Below, one piece after another: positions 27,724-31,656 of a DNA stretch of 31,656 nucleotides (position 1 is its first letter; every line of letters begins with the position of its first letter). The notes under the pieces were generated by a model that was given only the letters and a program-made list of their open reading frames with translations, was not told where the DNA came from and searched no databases. The DNA is from Macrostomum lignano (lineage: Eukaryota). The stretch is taken from assembly GCA_002269645.1 (NCBI GenBank), contig NIVC01001351.1:1-31656 (forward strand), written 5' to 3'. The translations under genes and the position numbers were made by a program.

Positions 27724-29552
27724 CAGTGGCATAGTCAGGGGGAGGCCCCCCATTGCCTGGGGGATTGGGTTGGGTGTGGTGGGTACCAAAAACCATGAGG
27801 CAATTGAGTGCTTGCAGCGCCAAAATGAGTGCCTGCAGCACCAAAATGAGTGCCTGCAGCATCAAAATGAGTGCCTCCAGCACCAAAATGAGTGCCTCCA
27901 GCACCAAAATGAGTGCCTGCAGTGCCAAAATGAGTGCCTGCAGTGCCAAAATGAGTGCCTGCAGCACCAAAATGAGTGCCTGTAGTGCCAAAATGAGTGC
28001 CTGCAGCACCAAAATGAGTGCCTGCGCCAAAATGAGTGCCTGCAGCGCCAAAATGAGTGCCTGCAGCACCAAAATGAGTGCCTGCAGCATCAAAATGAGT
28101 GCCTCAGCACCAAAATGAGTGCCTCAGCACCAAAATGAGTGCCTGCAGCCAAAATGAGTGCCTGCAGCACCCAAAATGAGTGCCTGCAGCACCAAAATGA
28201 GTGCCTGCAGTGCCAAAATGAGTGCCTGCAGCCCAAAATGAGTGCCTGCAGCACCAAAATGAGTGCCTCCAGCACCAAAATGAGTGCCTGCAGTGCCCAA
28301 AATGAGTGCCTGTAGTGCCGAAATGAGTGCCTGCAGCACCAAAATGAGTGCCTGTATTGCCAAAATGAGTGCTTGCAGTGCCAAAATGAGTGCCTGCAGC
28401 ACCAAAATGAGTGCCTCCAGCACCAAAATGAGTGCCTGCAGTGCCAAAATGAGTGCCTGCAGTGCCAAAATGAGTGCCTGCAGCACCAAAATGAGTGCCT
28501 GCAGCACCAAAATGAGTGCCTGCAGTGCCAAAATGAGTGCCTGCAGCGCCAAAATGAGTGCCTGCAGCACCAAAATGAGTGCCTCCAGCACCAAAATGAG
28601 TGCCTGCAGTGCCAAAATGAGTGCCTGCAGTGCCAAAATGAGTGCCTGTAGTGCCAAAATGAGTGCCTACAGTGCCAAAATGAGTGCCTGCAGCACCAAA
28701 ATGAGTGCCTCCAGCACCAAAATGAGTGCCTGTAGTGCCAAAATGAGTGCCTGCAGTGCCAAAATGAGTGCCTGCAGCACCAAAATGAGTGCTTCCAGCA
28801 CCAAAATGAGTGCCTCCAGCACCAAAATGAGTGCCTGTAGTGCCAAAATGAGTGCCTGCAGTGCCAAAATGAGTGCCTGCAGCACCAAAATGAGTGCCTC
28901 CAGCACCAAAATGAGTGCCTGTAGTGCCAAAATGAGTGCCTGCAGTGCCAAAATGAGTGCCTGCAGCACCAAAATGAGTGCCTGTAGTACCAAAATGAGT
29001 GCCTGCAGCACCAAAATGAGTGCTTCTAGCACCAAAATGAGTGCCTCCAGCACCAAAATGAGTGCCTGTAGTGCCAAAATGAGTGCCTGCAGTGCCAAAA
29101 TGAGTGCCTGCAGCACCAAAATGAGTGCTTCCAGCACCAAAATGAGTGCCTCCAGCACCAAAATGAGTGCCTGTAGTGCCAAAATGAGTGCCTGCAGTGC
29201 CAAAATGAGTGCCTGCAGCACCAAAATGAGTGCTTCCAGCACCAAAATGAGTGCCTCCAGCACCAAAATGAGTGCCTGTAGTGCCAAAATGAGTGCCTGC
29301 AGTGCCAAAATGAGTGCCTGCAGCACCAAAATGAGTGCCTCCAGCACCAAAATGAGTGCCTGCAGTGCCAAAATGAGTGCCTGCAGCGCCAAAATGAGTG
29401 CCTGCAGTGCCAAAATGAGTGCCTGCAGCACCAAAATGAATGCCTGCAGTGCCAAAATGAGTGCCTGCAGCACCAAAAGTGGCAATGGCATAAGGCATGG
29501 CCAGCTAGGCCAACCTGCCTCCTCCCAATTGAAATTCCTGGCTACGCCATTG
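27724..29552. mobile_element. Non-autonomous hAT element (1829 bp) consisting almost entirely of a 21-bp minisatellite
   Basis: Perfect 8-bp TSD CTAGGTAG (27716-27723 and 29553-29560); TIRs CAGTGGCATAGTCAGG and CAATGGCGTAGCCAGG (reverse complement), 13/16 match. Confidence 0.9.
27805..29480. repeat. 21-bp minisatellite (CAAAATGAGTGCCTGCAGCAC)n
   Basis: About 80 units; source of the MSACSAK, LQALILA and GTHFGAA repeat ORFs. Confidence 0.95.
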
Positions 29553-31049
29553 CTAGGTAGTCAATGTATTGATGGGTTTGGGCCTAACCTTGACCCCATT
29601 TAAATAGGCATTATAAGGTGAGCAAGAGGGTATCTTGAATAGGTTAGGGACATAAGCCCTTGGCCTAGATCATGTGACTTACCAGTTGAAGTTGCCACTG
29701 GCATAGGATAGGCCTAATAGATAGGTGCTGCAGCTTGGCCTAATCATATAAGGTCTCTTTTCCTAAAGCATTATTATAGATAGAGCATTAGCAAAGTGAT
29801 TGACTTTAGCTTATACTAAAAATTATACAATATTTTCCAACTCTTGCTTGGGCACATTGGGTCTAGGCTTAGCTGCTAAATAAGACAAGCAAATATGAGA
29901 CAGTTTACAAAGTTGAAAGTGCTTGACACAGATAAAGTAGGTGGTGTATTACTATCTCATTTGTAAGAGAGTTGTTTCAATGGGTAAAATTGATCAAAAC
30001 TAGCTATAACTATTGACATCTGTATAATAATGAAATCAAGTTGAACTTGCTATAACTAATTTACAATACCATCAAATGAGGCAATTTTTTAACACATGAC
30101 TTGTTTATTGACTTTCATTCTTTTATTACTTTGTTTGTATGATTTGATAAGATTATGAAGAGGATTTTGAACTACCATCTCTTGATCTATGGGGGCGAAA
30201 GCCAGCACTCAGTGTATTTTAGTTGGCCTACTACCTCTGGTTAGATAAACCTCTTGACTGACTGGACTGAACTGATTGGTCTAAAAGGACTTACAGTATA
30301 TGAGCTGCTCATTTGTACCTTAGTTTTGTTTGTTTCCTTAGACCTCAAATATGCTCATACACTCAGCACATTTTAAATTTTCCACCCAAAACCAATGGTA
30401 AAATTTTATCAGATCTCACCCAAGTGACGCAGTTCAACCACGCCCACAAGGCCCTAGCTTAGGCTGGTGAGAGAGTGGGGAGTTAAGAGTCCTCATGAAC
30501 TGGAAACTCTTAACATGTTTGAGAAGTATGAATATTAGGTGCGTTTTTATTCAAAGACTAATCCTCTTGATAGTGAGCTGTTTGTGATACTTTTAAAGAA
30601 ACGTAGCGATGACTTCTAACTTAGACTGGTCAGGCACCGAAATTTTCACACTTATCAGCTGCCTTCAGAAGCTGCTGAGCAAATGTCCTGTTCCTGCTTC
30701 TAACTGCTCTCTCCAGGGTTTGAAAGGCAAATCGTTCTGCCAAAACGTATGTCTTGGGAAGCAGAATGTCTTCCGAGTCTTCTTCAAGTCCTGAAATGAC
30801 TTCGTGGTCGCAGCTGGTCAGCCAATGTGTCATGAAGGGGGCTTCACAAGACAGAAACTTCACAACGCAGAAAACTACTGCACGATCCTTCACAGAACCG
30901 AAACTTACAAGCCGAAATTCTGCATGGTCATCTGCATGGTGTATATTATGTTTTCTACGATATGAAATTTCGGTCTTTTAAAAGCGCTCCATCATAAAAG
31001 ATGAAACTGGTATAAGACGTACTGGTTCGAGTACTATCTTTAAGGCATA

Positions 31050-31585
31050 GCTTCTCAGGTAAATCTCGGTGTGGTTCGGGGGCAATTCTCAGGTGTGGTT
31101 TAGGGGCGATTTCTCATGTGTGGTTTAGAGCAATTCTCAGGTGTGGTTTAGAGGCAATTCTCAGTGTGGTTTAGAGTCAGTTCTCAGGTGTGGTTCAGGG
31201 GGCAATTCTCAGGTGTGGTTTAGGGTCAATTCTCAGGTGTGGTTTAGAGGCAATTCTCAGGTGTTGTTTAGAGTCAGTTCTCAGGTGTGGTTTAGAGTCA
31301 GTTCTCTGGTGTGTTTGGGGGAATTCTCAGGTGTGGTTTGGGGGGAATTCTCAAGGTGTGGTTAGAAGCAATTCTCTGGTGTGGTTTGGGGGAATTCTCA
31401 GGTGTGGTTTAGGGGAATTCTCAGGTGTGGTTAGAAGCAATTCTCTGGTGTGTTTGGGGGAATTCTCAGGTGTGGTTTAGGGGGAATTCTCAGGTGTGGT
31501 TAGAAGCAATTCTCTGGTGTGGTTTGGGGAGAATATCAGGTGTGGTTTAGAGGCAATTCTCAGGTTTGGTTTAGGGGCAATTATC
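31050..31585. repeat. About 24-bp minisatellite (AATTCTCAGGTGTGGTTTAGRGGC)n
   Basis: About 22 diverged units near the window end. Confidence 0.9.
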
Positions 31586-31656
31586 GGTATGTAGATGCGA
31601 TTCTCATGGTGGTTCAGAGTGTAGTGAAGACATTATCATAAGCAATTTAGATTAGT

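Noticed and set aside
27716-29603. MSACSAK, LQALILA, GTHFGAA and QNECLQH repeat proteins (antifreeze- or pentapeptide-like)
   Set aside because: Product of a 21-bp array inside a TIR/TSD-bounded element; open in many frames and broken by indels

Overview
Eukaryotic, repeat-dense animal-like DNA with spliceosomal introns, SINE/LINE/LTR/hAT elements and seven minisatellite arrays; the species cannot be fixed from sequence alone. Host genes: an intronless secreted or GPI-type alpha-carbonic anhydrase (5398-6429, -) and a spliced secreted WSC + F-type lectin gene (12305-11286, -). The main feature is an 8.6-kb Ty3/Gypsy LTR retrotransposon on the minus strand (18162-26795). It has intact gag, a -1 frameshift (GGGAAAC) into PR-RT-RH-IN pol, a tRNA-Leu PBS and a PPT. 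It has two oddities: a third, non-Env ORF of about 341 aa after pol, and asymmetric LTRs with a duplicated PBS lying about 390 bp from the duplicated LTR core. Other elements: a decayed RTE-like LINE, a tRNA/CORE-like SINE whose head is inverted between two AGCT sites, hAT-type non-autonomous elements that carry minisatellites, and traces of a second, older LTR element. Polarised CpG/C-to-T decay is visible across several repeats. All family assignments come from motif recognition by eye; no database search was run.
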